Assembly (NCBI RefSeq): GCF_009734345.1
Contig: NZ_CP032551.1
Coordinates: 1,680,001 to 1,712,000, forward strand
Source: Pseudidiomarina andamanensis
Lineage (GTDB): Bacteria > Pseudomonadota > Gammaproteobacteria > Enterobacterales > Alteromonadaceae
Length of the DNA: 32,000 bases
Reading direction: 5' to 3'
Made by a program: the position numbers and the translations under genes. The notes under the pieces were generated by a model. It worked only from the letters and a program-made list of their open reading frames with translations, was not told the origin of the DNA and did not search any database. Positions 17,044 through 27,146 of the stretch are shown in pieces. Numbering within the stretch: position 1 is the stretch's first letter; each line of letters begins with the position of its first letter.

Positions 17044-19494
17044 ATGACGGTTGAGGTTCAGGTTACCCCAGAGCAGATACAAGCTGTAGCCGATACGGTT
17101 CAGGTTCACAAATTTGGTGGCAGCAGCTTAGCTGATGCTTATTGTTACCGTCGCGTAGCGCGCATTGTCACTGAATATGCTGGTGCCAGCGATTTAGTGG
17201 TGGTTTCCGCTGCCGGTGATACTACCAATCGAATTCTCGCCATTATTGACGCGAAGGCCGACGATTTAGGCGTCGCCGAAGTGCTATTAAAGCAGCTCGA
17301 AAAATACCAACAGGGGCTGATTACTGAGTTACTTAATGGTGATATTCAAGCCCGTGTGCTTGAGCAATCGCAGCATGATTTCAAACGTTGGTGGGCATGG
17401 CTGAATGGCGAAGAAGAAATTACCCGCCGTCCTGAGTTATTGTCATACGGCGAGCTTTGGAGTGCTCGTTTGCTGTCGGCGTTGCTACAGCAACAAGGTG
17501 TCACCTCGGATTACATTGATGCGCGCACATTCTTGGTTGCTGATGATGCGCCTGAGCCACATATTCGTGTGCCCGTTTCGCGAGCAGGCCTGTTAAATCG
17601 CATTGCGCCTCACCCTGGTACCCGCTTTATTGTCACCGGCTTTATTTGCGCCGACCCTGACGGCAACTCATTGATTCTTGGCCGTAACGGCAGTGACTAT
17701 TCGGCAACGCTGGTGGGTAGCCTGATTGACTCCAAGCAAGTCACCATTTGGAAAGATGTTGCTGGTGTGTACTCTGCCGATCCCCGCAAAGTTGAGCGCG
17801 TGGTGAGCCTGCCAATTTTAGATTGGCAAGAAGCTGAAGAACTAGCCCGCTTGGGCAGCCCAGTACTGCATCCGCGTACGTTCCAACCGGTTAATCGCGA
17901 GCGTATGGTAATTGCTGTGCGTTCCAGTTTGAAAGTTGAGAATCAACAAACACGAATTGGCCAATACGAAGATACTGAACCAAAAGGTAAGGTGCTAACG
18001 TCATTAGCTGACGTGGTTTTGTTCCGAGTTGATTTAAGCGATGCCAAATTGGTCCAGCAGTTCGAAGATCTTGACCTCACCCCATTGATTAGCTGGAACG
18101 AAATTGCCCAGCACCATGCTTATTATGCTTATCACCAAAACCATTTGGAGTTTTTGGAGCGCTGGCTGGAGCAAGTCGACAAGGCCGATCACGTGGTACA
18201 AATGCAAGGCTACTCAATGATTGCGTTGGTGGGTAATCGCATTCAAGAAACTGACCAGTACAGCACCTTCAAAACTGAATTAAGTGCGCAGAGCTTGCGC
18301 CGTTTGGCATTTTCGCCAGACAGCAACGCGGTCATTGCCATTCTTGAGCAGAAGCTTGATAACCGCTTACTCAACCGCTTGCACAGTCAGCTATTTAATT
18401 ACCGCCGCAGCCTTGGTGTTCTCGTAGTCGGTCGCGGCAACATCGGTAGCGCGTGGTTATCGCTCTATCGCCGTTTGCGTGAGCGTATCAATGAGCAAAT
18501 GGATGTGCGTATTCTCGGCATCTTAAACTCAACGCGTATGTGGCTCGATTACAATGGTCTGGAGCTGGATGACTGGCAGGCGAGCTTCGATAAGTTCGCG
18601 CGCCCATACGAACTGAGTCAGCTCATTCCAGAGTTGCCAAATGCGCCGTGTGACGAACTCGTGATGCTCGATTTAACCGATTCTGTTGCGGTTGCTCAGC
18701 TTTACCCAAGTTTCTTTGCAAACGGGTTACACATTATTAGTGCGAACAAGCGCGCTGGTGCTTCAGGCGAATCCCAATACAATGAAATTCGTACCATTCA
18801 ACGAGAGTACGAGCGTGAGTGGTATTACAACACCACAGTAGGTGCGGGTTTACCGCTGAACTATGCATTGAATGATCTACGGAACTCAGGCGATACCATT
18901 CGCAGTATTTCAGGTATTTTTTCAGGCACCATGAGTTGGTTGTTCGAAAACTTTAATTCAGAAGTGAAGTTCAGTGACCTGGTACGTGAAGCGAAAGCGC
19001 GTGGTTTGAGTGAGCCTGATCCACGTGAAGATTTAACCTGCCAAGATATCGTGCGCAAATTGCTCATTTTGGCGCGCGAAATCGGCTTGAAGTTGGACTG
19101 GAAAGACATCGATGTCGAAAGCCTTCTGCCAGAACAATTAGAAGATATTTCACTAGAAGAGTTTATGCAGCGTTTGCCTGAACTGGATGACGCCATGCAT
19201 CATCTGTACACCGATGCGCAGCAGACTCAGAAAGTACCACGCTTGCTAGCAAGCTTCGCTGTGCAAGACGATGACAGCGTTCGCGCTCGTGTGGGTATTG
19301 AGTACATTCCAGAAGGTGACATGCTGGCAAACTTAATTCCAGGCGAGAATATTTTCGTGATTTATACCGACTGGTATCACGAAATGCCGTTGGTTATTAG
19401 CGGCCCAGGTGCTGGTAAAGAAGTGACTGCGGGTGGTGTTCAGTCTGACTTGAACCAGTTGCTGAGTCGTCTCAGCAACCGGCATCAAGGTTAA
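17044..19494 (+). CDS. metL: bifunctional aspartate kinase / homoserine dehydrogenase II
   Basis: 816 aa. The N-terminal aspartokinase has KFGGSS. The C-terminal homoserine dehydrogenase has VVGRGNIGS. The gene is divergent from metJ as in enterobacteria, but without metB in between. Confidence 0.9.
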   Translation: MTVEVQVTPEQIQAVADTVQVHKFGGSSLADAYCYRRVARIVTEYAGASDLVVVSAAGDTTNRILAIIDAKADDLGVAEVLLKQLEKYQQGLITELLNGDIQARVLEQSQHDFKRWWAWLNGEEEITRRPELLSYGELWSARLLSALLQQQGVTSDYIDARTFLVADDAPEPHIRVPVSRAGLLNRIAPHPGTRFIVTGFICADPDGNSLILGRNGSDYSATLVGSLIDSKQVTIWKDVAGVYSADPRKVERVVSLPILDWQEAEELARLGSPVLHPRTFQPVNRERMVIAVRSSLKVENQQTRIGQYEDTEPKGKVLTSLADVVLFRVDLSDAKLVQQFEDLDLTPLISWNEIAQHHAYYAYHQNHLEFLERWLEQVDKADHVVQMQGYSMIALVGNRIQETDQYSTFKTELSAQSLRRLAFSPDSNAVIAILEQKLDNRLLNRLHSQLFNYRRSLGVLVVGRGNIGSAWLSLYRRLRERINEQMDVRILGILNSTRMWLDYNGLELDDWQASFDKFARPYELSQLIPELPNAPCDELVMLDLTDSVAVAQLYPSFFANGLHIISANKRAGASGESQYNEIRTIQREYEREWYYNTTVGAGLPLNYALNDLRNSGDTIRSISGIFSGTMSWLFENFNSEVKFSDLVREAKARGLSEPDPREDLTCQDIVRKLLILAREIGLKLDWKDIDVESLLPEQLEDISLEEFMQRLPELDDAMHHLYTDAQQTQKVPRLLASFAVQDDDSVRARVGIEYIPEGDMLANLIPGENIFVIYTDWYHEMPLVISGPGAGKEVTAGGVQSDLNQLLSRLSNRHQG

Positions 19495-19516
19495 TACCGT
19501 TCTTTAGAAGCTTGGG

Positions 19517-21979
19517 TTAGAAAATCGAGTCGTCGTCACTAAAGATATTTTTTGACGACGACTTCGCATCTGCATACTCTGTCGGCGCCGTGCCAGGCAA
19601 GAAATATTCGAATCGCGTGGTATAGTCATTTTTACGACTAAGCTTGCCTGTCGCCAAGTCAATGCGCGCCATCACCAAACCTGGTGGTACTTGGAATGGC
19701 TCAATCGTGGCATCTTCAAGCGCCGTTTCCATGTAATCAATCCACATCGGCAGTGCCGTTTTCGCACCTGCCTCAGTGCCTGAAATTGGCTGCTCATTAC
19801 TGTCGAGATTCTCATTCATCGTGGTACTACCAAGTGCACGCTCAAGGTTATCAAAACCAACCCATGCGGTTGTCACAAGACCACTCACAAACCCAGAGAA
19901 CCAGGTATCTTTGACATCGTTCGTAGTACCTGTTTTGCCGACAATGTTACGCCCTGCTAAATCGACAATTGGTTTTGAGCGTTGAATTCGCCATGCAGTA
20001 CCATTCCAACCAGTACGATGCTGCCAGCTACCGCCACCCCATACTGCTGAATTCATCGCTTCAGTAACTAAGTAAGCATTCTGCTCAGAGATAACTTGCG
20101 GTGCTTGCACCACTTCTCGTGTTTCTTCTTCACAAAGTACGCAAGCAACCGCTGGACGAGCGGTATAAACCACCTCGTCGTTGTTATCGACAATACGTTC
20201 AATAAAGTATGGATTAACCAAGTAACCGCCATTTGCAAACACCGCGTAGCCGCGTGCGACTTCTAATGGCGTCATGGAGGCTGAACCGAGCGACAACGAC
20301 TCGTTGCGTGGCAATTCATCAATGGCAAAGCCAAACCGCGTTAAATACTCAACCGTCGTATCAATGCCCATCGAACGCATCAAGCGCACCGATACAACGT
20401 TCTTCGATTTCGCCAGCGCTTGGCGAACACGAATAGGCCCTTCGTATACATCAGGTGAATTACGCGGACGCCAAGCAATACCACTACCCGGATTCCATTG
20501 ATTGATTGGTGCATCGTTTACTAACGTCGCTAACGTAAAGCCGTTCTCAAGCGCTGCTGAATAAATAAACGGCTTAATGTTTGAACCAGCTTGACGTTCG
20601 GCCTGAATGGCACGGTTGTATTGGCTGATAGCAAAGCTGTAACCACCCACCGCGGCAGCGATACTACCGTCCTGCGGGCGCAGTGAAATAATGGCGCCAC
20701 TTGGCTCTGGTATTTGTGCTAAGCGAAGCCCTTGCTCAGTGCCACGGATACGGATGAGTTCGCCCGGCGCCAAAACATCTGCAGCCACTTGCGGCGCTGG
20801 CCCTTGACGATCAGCGTGCATATAAGGACGTGCCCAAGCAAGTCCTGACCATGGTAATTCGCGTGGCTCGCCACTGGCGGTTAATACCTGCGCAGATTGC
20901 TCAGAAACACTCAAAACGACCGCTGGAACGGTCAATCCAATTGATTCTTGGTTACGCAGGAACTCACGAATCGCATCAATTTCCCAAGCGTCTTCATTTG
21001 GTTGCCAAAGCACTTGCTCCGCACCACGGTAACCGTGACGTTCGTCGTAACCATGCAAATTCAACTGCACCGCTCGCTGTGCCGCACGCTGCTGCTTCGC
21101 ATTCACCGTAGTGTAAACCTTAAAGCCAGAGTTGTAGGCAGCGTCTTCGCCATAACGCGCTACCATGTCGGCTCGCACCATTTCCGCCAAATACGGCGCA
21201 CTCATGGTCACTTCGGCGCCGTGCAAACGTGTGTCGATGGGTTCAGCTAACGCAGCTTCATAATCAGCTTCAGTAATGACGTTTTCATCCAGCATTCGAC
21301 CGAGTACCACAGCTCGGCGTTCACGCGCGCGCTCAGGGTTCGAAATAGGATTCATGGTAGACGGAGCTTTTGGTAAACCTGCGATCATTGCCATCTGCGC
21401 GAGGGTTAAATCTTGCACATCTTTACCGTAATAAACTTGTGCTGCGGCGCCAACGCCGTGAGCGCGGTGACCGAAAGTGATTTTATTCAGGTACAGCTCT
21501 AAGATTTCATCTTTGCTGAGCTCTTTTTCCATGCGCAATGAAATAAATGCTTCTTTTATTTTTCGCGTCCAGGTTTGCTCAAAGCTCAAATAAAAATTTC
21601 GCGCTAACTGCTGCGTGATGGTACTACCGCCACCTTGTATTTCACCTGTACTAATTAGTAGAGCGAAAGCGCGCGCAACCCCGATAGGATCAATACCGAA
21701 GTGATCGTAAAAGCGTTGATCTTCGGTAGCGAGAAAAGCATTGATAAGTGGTTGAGGAATATCTTCTAATTTGAGAGGAATTCGACGAATTTCGCCGAAC
21801 TGCGCAATCATTTCGCCGTCGGATGAATAAACCTGCATTGGTGTTTGCAAGCGTACTTCTTTGAGTTCAGCCACACTCGGTAAGTCGTCTTCCCAGTAGA
21901 AGTACAAACCAGCTACGGCTATGGAACCCAAAATAGCCAGCGCCACTCCGACGCCAAGCACCCACTTAAAAATCTTCAA
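19517..21979 (-). CDS. mrcA: penicillin-binding protein 1A (transglycosylase/transpeptidase)
   Basis: 820 aa with an N-terminal TM segment. Transglycosylase motifs are EDQRFYDHFGIDP and GGSTITQQL. Transpeptidase motifs are SNIK (SxxK), SKN and KTGTT. It is divergent from pilM, as is typical. Confidence 0.95.
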   Translation of the reverse strand: MKIFKWVLGVGVALAILGSIAVAGLYFYWEDDLPSVAELKEVRLQTPMQVYSSDGEMIAQFGEIRRIPLKLEDIPQPLINAFLATEDQRFYDHFGIDPIGVARAFALLISTGEIQGGGSTITQQLARNFYLSFEQTWTRKIKEAFISLRMEKELSKDEILELYLNKITFGHRAHGVGAAAQVYYGKDVQDLTLAQMAMIAGLPKAPSTMNPISNPERARERRAVVLGRMLDENVITEADYEAALAEPIDTRLHGAEVTMSAPYLAEMVRADMVARYGEDAAYNSGFKVYTTVNAKQQRAAQRAVQLNLHGYDERHGYRGAEQVLWQPNEDAWEIDAIREFLRNQESIGLTVPAVVLSVSEQSAQVLTASGEPRELPWSGLAWARPYMHADRQGPAPQVAADVLAPGELIRIRGTEQGLRLAQIPEPSGAIISLRPQDGSIAAAVGGYSFAISQYNRAIQAERQAGSNIKPFIYSAALENGFTLATLVNDAPINQWNPGSGIAWRPRNSPDVYEGPIRVRQALAKSKNVVSVRLMRSMGIDTTVEYLTRFGFAIDELPRNESLSLGSASMTPLEVARGYAVFANGGYLVNPYFIERIVDNNDEVVYTARPAVACVLCEEETREVVQAPQVISEQNAYLVTEAMNSAVWGGGSWQHRTGWNGTAWRIQRSKPIVDLAGRNIVGKTGTTNDVKDTWFSGFVSGLVTTAWVGFDNLERALGSTTMNENLDSNEQPISGTEAGAKTALPMWIDYMETALEDATIEPFQVPPGLVMARIDLATGKLSRKNDYTTRFEYFLPGTAPTEYADAKSSSKNIFSDDDSIF

Positions 21980-22080
21980 TGAAAGCCCCTTTTATTCCTT
22001 TCGACTATACTGTTTTACAGGTTGCGCAATTATCGTTCATATTATAGAAAGATAAGGACAGAAACGTAATGTTTATTTAG

Positions 22081-22104
22081 ATTGTGCAAAGAACTTTGCA
22101 CAAT
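22081..22104. promoter_or_regulatory. perfect 11+2+11 bp palindrome, candidate operator between mrcA and pilM
   Basis: ATTGTGCAAAG-AA-CTTTGCACAAT. All 11 arm positions were verified as complementary. Confidence 0.4.
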
Positions 22105-22130
22105 GCTTACCTTTCTGCTTAATATGAGGT

Positions 22131-22159
22131 TCGGCATAGAACAATTTTAATAATATAAT
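22131..22159 (+). promoter_or_regulatory. sigma70 promoter candidate for pilM operon
   Basis: TCGGCA (22131-22136), a 17-nt spacer, then TATAAT (22154-22159), 34 nt upstream of the pilM ATG. Confidence 0.35.
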
Positions 22160-22192
22160 GCCATCAATACCGGTCCAATTCAGGGGAGCATT

Positions 22193-23260
22193 ATGGGGCT
22201 ATTTGGTCTGGGAAAAAAGCCAGGTCTGGGAATTGATATCGCTTCGGATGCAGTAAAGGCAATTGAACTCGTGCCTAGCGGCGATACTTACGACATTACA
22301 CATGTTGCAGAAGTATCACTTCCAAAGAATTTAATTACAGACGACGAAATTTCGGATATCGAGAAGCTTGCTAAGATGATTACGCAGGTGCGTAAGCGTA
22401 TGGGCAGCACGCGTGTCGCTGTGGCCGCCGTATCAGGTACGCAAGCAATATCGAAGCAGGTGCCGATGAGTCTCGATTTAGATGATGAAGCCATTGCTGA
22501 GAAAATTGAAAGTGAGGCTGAAGCGCTTATCCCGTTCCCCATTAACGAAGTGCGTTACGATTTCGAAAGCCTTGGTGAGCATCAAACCATGCCAGGGCAG
22601 CAACGCGTTCTCGTTACTGCAACCCGAACCATCAGTGTCGACAGCCGCGTTCAAGCGCTTGAAGGCGCAGGCTACAAAGTTGCCATTATGGATGTCGACA
22701 ACCAAGCCATCACTCGCGCTTGCAGTCATTTATTACCGCACATGCACCCTGAGGTGCTTGAGAGCAAGTTGCCGTATTTGATACTCGATATCAGCACCAG
22801 CGCCATTCAAATTATTGTTGTCCATCAAGGTGAGGTTGCGTTTCAACGCCCACAATCTGGTGGTTTAACACCGTTACTGAGTGCGCTTGACGAAGACGGT
22901 AGCATCGACCATGGCGAGATTATGGCGAAGCTCCGCTCTGGTGATATTGACGATTTTCCAACGCTGATTATTCAAGACTTCTTGAGTAACCTGTGGAACC
23001 AAGTTAGCCGTAACGTTCAGATATATCAAAGCAATGCTGCTGACAAAGGCTTTGCCGCTATCTTGTTGATAAACACTGGCGCCATGCTGCCGATGATTAC
23101 CGAAGCCTTGAGCGAACAAGTTGAGTACCCTGTACATGCACTAAACCCCTTTGAGCATTTTATTTTGCCAAGTAAGTTTTCGCATTTACAAAATCACGGG
23201 CCACGTTTCGTTGAATCGATTGGCCTTGCGCTACGGAGTTTTGCAACATGGCACATGTAA
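22193..23260 (+). CDS. pilM: type IV pilus assembly protein PilM
   Basis: 355 aa, actin-like ATPase fold, N-terminus ...LGIDIASDAVKAIEL. It is the first gene of a pilMNOPQ-ordered cluster. Confidence 0.9.
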   Translation: MGLFGLGKKPGLGIDIASDAVKAIELVPSGDTYDITHVAEVSLPKNLITDDEISDIEKLAKMITQVRKRMGSTRVAVAAVSGTQAISKQVPMSLDLDDEAIAEKIESEAEALIPFPINEVRYDFESLGEHQTMPGQQRVLVTATRTISVDSRVQALEGAGYKVAIMDVDNQAITRACSHLLPHMHPEVLESKLPYLILDISTSAIQIIVVHQGEVAFQRPQSGGLTPLLSALDEDGSIDHGEIMAKLRSGDIDDFPTLIIQDFLSNLWNQVSRNVQIYQSNAADKGFAAILLINTGAMLPMITEALSEQVEYPVHALNPFEHFILPSKFSHLQNHGPRFVESIGLALRSFATWHM

Positions 23261-23841
23261 ACCTACTCCCTTGGCGCGAAACAGCTCGCCAACGCGCGAA
23301 AACCCGCTTCGGCATTCATGCTGGTGTCGCCGTTGGTATTGCCGGAATTATCTTTGGTGCTGCCTACATGGTCATTGGTGATTACAAGAGCTACCAGCAG
23401 CGGCGTAATAACTTCTTACAGTCACAAATTCAAATTCTTGATGCACAAATTGCTGAAATCAACAGCATTAACAAGAAGAAACAAGAAATTTTGAATCGGA
23501 TTAAGCTGATTCAATCGCTGCATGAAGATCGGAATACAGCCATTACTATCTTTAATGAATTGACTGAGCGTACGCCAGATGGGGTTTATCTGCATTCACT
23601 TGAAAAACGCGATTTGCAGCTGATCATTAGTGGTCGTAGCATCTCAAATAATCGAGTTTCTGAATTTTTACGTGATTTGAAATCATCTGCCGTATTCGCC
23701 GATCCCGAATTACGCAATGTTGTTTCAGCGAGCTCAGGTTCGCGCAGCAGAGCACGCGGCATTGACGCGAACTCAGATTACGATGCATTTTCATTGGTGG
23801 TGACGATTGTTCCACCAACAACCACGGAGGCGAAGAAATAA
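23248..23841 (+). CDS. pilN: type IV pilus assembly protein PilN
   Basis: 197 aa with the conserved N-terminus MAHVNLLPWRE, one TM segment and a coiled region. It overlaps pilM by 13 nt. Confidence 0.9.
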   Translation: MAHVNLLPWRETARQRAKTRFGIHAGVAVGIAGIIFGAAYMVIGDYKSYQQRRNNFLQSQIQILDAQIAEINSINKKKQEILNRIKLIQSLHEDRNTAITIFNELTERTPDGVYLHSLEKRDLQLIISGRSISNNRVSEFLRDLKSSAVFADPELRNVVSASSGSRSRARGIDANSDYDAFSLVVTIVPPTTTEAKK

Positions 23842-23842
23842 T

Positions 23843-24433
23843 ATGAGTATGGATAGCCTACGTGAACTCGATATTAACGAATTGCCATTCTGGCCACGCC
23901 CATTCCGAATTGCCATTTTAGTGATTATTGCAATTGCGGTACTTGGTCTTAGCTATCATTTTATTTTAGCCGACGAATGGGCTAGCTATAAACGCGAAGT
24001 CGCAAAAGAATCGCAATTAAAACTAGATTACCAAACCAAGTATCAAACAGCGGTTAATCTACCGTTGTATCGGAAACAGCTTGAGCAGCTAAACAGCGAT
24101 CTTGAAACGCTATTAGCAATGTTACCGAACGATGATGAAACGCCAAAATTGTTAGATGACATTAGTTTAATTGGTACCAAAAGTGGCTTGCGATTTGATC
24201 GTATTGAATGGCTGATGCCACAACCACGCGAGTTTTATACAGCACTGCCAATGCGAATTGAACTCAAAGGTGCTTATCATCAAATTGGTGATTTTGTCGG
24301 ACAGATGTCGAGCCTTGATCGCATCATTAGTGTGAAAGATTTCAAAATGCAGTTACAAGACGAAGAAGGCACTTTGAGCCTGTCGGTTAATGCCGAGACT
24401 TATCGTCAACAAACGTTGAGGGCGCAACCATGA
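23843..24433 (+). CDS. pilO: type IV pilus assembly protein PilO
   Basis: 196 aa from ATG 23843, with GGAGG 11 nt upstream and 1 nt after the pilN stop. It has one TM segment plus a coiled-coil and a ferredoxin-like domain. Position in the cluster supports the call. Confidence 0.85.
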   Translation: MSMDSLRELDINELPFWPRPFRIAILVIIAIAVLGLSYHFILADEWASYKREVAKESQLKLDYQTKYQTAVNLPLYRKQLEQLNSDLETLLAMLPNDDETPKLLDDISLIGTKSGLRFDRIEWLMPQPREFYTALPMRIELKGAYHQIGDFVGQMSSLDRIISVKDFKMQLQDEEGTLSLSVNAETYRQQTLRAQP

Positions 24434-24969
24434 TGAAAAAATTAGTGGTGTCGCTGGCTGCGTTTGGTTTATTAGCAGGCTGCGCACCAACTGGGCATCA
24501 AGATCTAGAGCAGTTTACTGCCGAGGTTCAGCAAAATGCAAAACCAGGTATTAGCCCACCTCCTGAATTGCCGGAGCTCGAGCGCATTCAATATACTGGC
24601 GCAGATATTCGCAACCCGTTCCAGCCTACCCCGTTGCGCGATAACACAGCACAAGCTGCTGGTCAGAACTGTCCGCAACCGACACTAGGCTCACCGAAAG
24701 GCGGCTTAGAGGGTGTTGCGTTAGACCAGTTAGCGTTGAGTGGCACCATGCGTTCTGGCAACGGCCAATTACTCGCCCTGTTGGTCTCGAACGAGGGTAA
24801 ATTATTCCGCGTACAACGTGGTGATTTTATTGGTCTTGATAACGGCCGCATCACTGCAATTACTCCACAACAAATTTCGATTCGTGAATGGTTAGCAACT
24901 GGCGATGGTTGCTGGCAACAACGCGACGTATCGTTAACCTTGCTGAACTCGCAAAGGAGCTCGAACTAA
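24430..24969 (+). CDS. pilP: type IV pilus assembly lipoprotein PilP
   Basis: 179 aa with lipobox LLAGC. ATGA overlap with pilO. Position in the cluster supports the call. Confidence 0.85.
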   Translation: MMKKLVVSLAAFGLLAGCAPTGHQDLEQFTAEVQQNAKPGISPPPELPELERIQYTGADIRNPFQPTPLRDNTAQAAGQNCPQPTLGSPKGGLEGVALDQLALSGTMRSGNGQLLALLVSNEGKLFRVQRGDFIGLDNGRITAITPQQISIREWLATGDGCWQQRDVSLTLLNSQRSSN

Positions 24970-27146
24970 TGAAGCACTTAATCCGTACCTTATGTCTACT
25001 GCTGTTGATGCCCCTTGCGGTGTCGGCCAATGAGCTCTTACGGGTTGAGCAGATTGCGCTAAATAAAGATCGATTTAATCTTGAAGCGCACTTTTCAAAA
25101 CGTGTCGAGTCGCCTGTTGTTACCCGTAGCAGTAATAAGAATCTTCATGAGTTTTTATTACTTGGTACTAGCGCCAACATGCCTAATGGCCGTTTAGACC
25201 TGCCCAATCACCCGTTACTTGACTATGTCGAGGTTGAACAACAACGCGAAGACCTTATGCTGCGCGTTTATACCAAAAAGCCACTCGAAAACCTGATGAG
25301 TCGCTTTGGCGAAGTGATGGTTTTAGTGTTTGTCGCACCGAAAGACGGTAGTGAACCAGCTCAATCGACAGCTACTCCGGCTGCTGATAAGCCTGCTGCA
25401 AGCAAGCCAGCTCCTGCGAAGCCTGCGCCTGCCAAGCCCGCGAAACCAGAACCAGAGAAAGCTGTTGAAAGTAAGCCTGCACCGGCGAAAACAGCACCAG
25501 TGAAAGCGGAAACAAGTAAGCCCGCTGAGAAACCACGTGCTGAGGTTCGTACCGATAGCAAGCAAGTACCTGAAAAAGCAGCGGTAACCAACATCAATTT
25601 CTTCCGCTTACCGAACGATGTGGGGCAAGTGAGTATTGCCTTAAACAAAGACAATGTTGAACACGAAGCACGTATGCGCGGTAACGAGCTTGAGTTAGTT
25701 CTTTACGATACCGAGTTACCAGAAGACCTTTTATATGTGCTTGATGTGAGCCAATTTGCAACGCCCGTGGCTTATGTTGAAACCTTCCGTGATGGTCGTC
25801 ATAGTCGCATTAAAATTGTTGGTAAGCGTAAATTTAAACATCAACTTGAGCAAATTGATGGTTACTTACGTTTAAACCTTGCCGAAGCGCCACAAGTGGA
25901 TGCGCAAGAAGCCACCGCAAAATCAAGTCAAAAACCAATCTCGCTGAACTTCCAAGACGTTCCAGTACGTCAGTTATTACAAATTTTAGCTGACGAGAAT
26001 AACTTGAACTTGGTTGCGAGTGAATCAGTGCAAGGTAACATCACGTTACGCTTAGAGAACGTGCCTTGGGAACGTGCACTTGAAACAATTCTACGCGTGA
26101 AAGGCCTCGACAAGCGTTATGACGAGAACATTCTGATTGTTGCTCCAGCTGCAGAACTTGCACAACGCGAAGCCGAACAACTAGAAAGCCAGCAACGCAT
26201 GCAAGAACTCGCACCACTAGAGAGTTCTTACATTCAAATTAACTATGCAAAAGCCGAAGAGATTGCGCAGATTCTGCGTACTGACAGCTCAGATCTGCTG
26301 TCAACACGCGGCGCAGTGACTGTTGATGAGCGTACGAACACCTTATTAGTGCGCGATACGCCAGAACAGATTGATACGGTGAAAGCGATGGTTGCAGTGC
26401 TTGATGTGCCTGTGAAGCAAGTCATTATTGAAGCTCGCATGGTCACCGTACGAGATAATATTAGTGATGAGCTTGGTATTCGTTGGGGAATTACCGAACC
26501 TGCATTAGATACTTCAGTGCCACCACCGTGGGGTACTGGTACCAACGTTACTGGCGATTTCAATGTGAACTTACCAATCGCTTCACCGGCAGCCACTATT
26601 GGTTTCCAGGTTGCGAAGCTCGCAGACGGCCGATTACTTGACCTTGAATTGTCAGCTCTTGAGCGTGAGAACAAAGGTGAGATTATTGCTAGCCCGCGTA
26701 TCACTACGGCTAACCAGAAAGAAGCCTACATTGAACAAGGTACTGAAATTCCATACGTTGAGAGTGCTTCTTCAGGTGCAACGTCTGTTCAGTTCAAAAA
26801 GGCCGTGTTGGGCTTGACTGTGACGCCGCAAATCACGCCTGATAATCGTGTGATACTTGATTTAGTGATTACCCAAAATACGCGTGGTGAAACGGTAAGC
26901 ACGCCAACCGGTCCTGCGGTATCCATTGATACGCAAGAGATCAGCACGCAGGTGTTGGTTGAGAACGGTGAAACGATTGTATTGGGTGGTATTTATCAGC
27001 AACAAATCTTGAACGATATTTCAAAAGTACCGTTGCTGGGTGATATTCCTTACGTTGGTGTGTTGTTCCGTACCGACAGCCAAGTTAACGAAAAGCGTGA
27101 ATTGTTAATTTTCGTCACGCCTCGAATTGTAACGAATACGCCGTAA
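24969..27146 (+). CDS. pilQ: type IV pilus secretin PilQ
   Basis: The start is placed at MKHLIRTLCLLLLMPLAVSA (signal peptide; TAATG overlap with the pilP stop). Two AMIN-like N-terminal modules are separated by a P/A/K-rich linker. The secretin C-terminus contains VLVENGETIVLGGIY and VPLLGDIPYVGVLFR. Confidence 0.95.
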   Translation: MKHLIRTLCLLLLMPLAVSANELLRVEQIALNKDRFNLEAHFSKRVESPVVTRSSNKNLHEFLLLGTSANMPNGRLDLPNHPLLDYVEVEQQREDLMLRVYTKKPLENLMSRFGEVMVLVFVAPKDGSEPAQSTATPAADKPAASKPAPAKPAPAKPAKPEPEKAVESKPAPAKTAPVKAETSKPAEKPRAEVRTDSKQVPEKAAVTNINFFRLPNDVGQVSIALNKDNVEHEARMRGNELELVLYDTELPEDLLYVLDVSQFATPVAYVETFRDGRHSRIKIVGKRKFKHQLEQIDGYLRLNLAEAPQVDAQEATAKSSQKPISLNFQDVPVRQLLQILADENNLNLVASESVQGNITLRLENVPWERALETILRVKGLDKRYDENILIVAPAAELAQREAEQLESQQRMQELAPLESSYIQINYAKAEEIAQILRTDSSDLLSTRGAVTVDERTNTLLVRDTPEQIDTVKAMVAVLDVPVKQVIIEARMVTVRDNISDELGIRWGITEPALDTSVPPPWGTGTNVTGDFNVNLPIASPAATIGFQVAKLADGRLLDLELSALERENKGEIIASPRITTANQKEAYIEQGTEIPYVESASSGATSVQFKKAVLGLTVTPQITPDNRVILDLVITQNTRGETVSTPTGPAVSIDTQEISTQVLVENGETIVLGGIYQQQILNDISKVPLLGDIPYVGVLFRTDSQVNEKRELLIFVTPRIVTNTP

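Noticed and set aside
22081-22104. The mrcA-pilM palindrome as a CRP/Vfr or PurR site
   Set aside because: The TGTG...CACA spacing is 12 nt rather than the 8 nt of the CRP consensus TGTGA-N6-TCACA. The PurR-like GCAAA/TTTGC halves are separated by extra bases. I keep it as an unassigned operator candidate.
24888-24968. Upstream extensions of pilQ (24888), pilO (23807), metJ (16855) and the peroxiredoxin (30861) as listed in the ORF track
   Set aside because: In each case an internal ATG gives the family-typical N-terminus: a signal peptide for PilQ, MEWDGDY for MetJ, and MMIKTND for the Prx. Each internal ATG also fits stop/start coupling or a Shine-Dalgarno. The extensions overlap the preceding gene.
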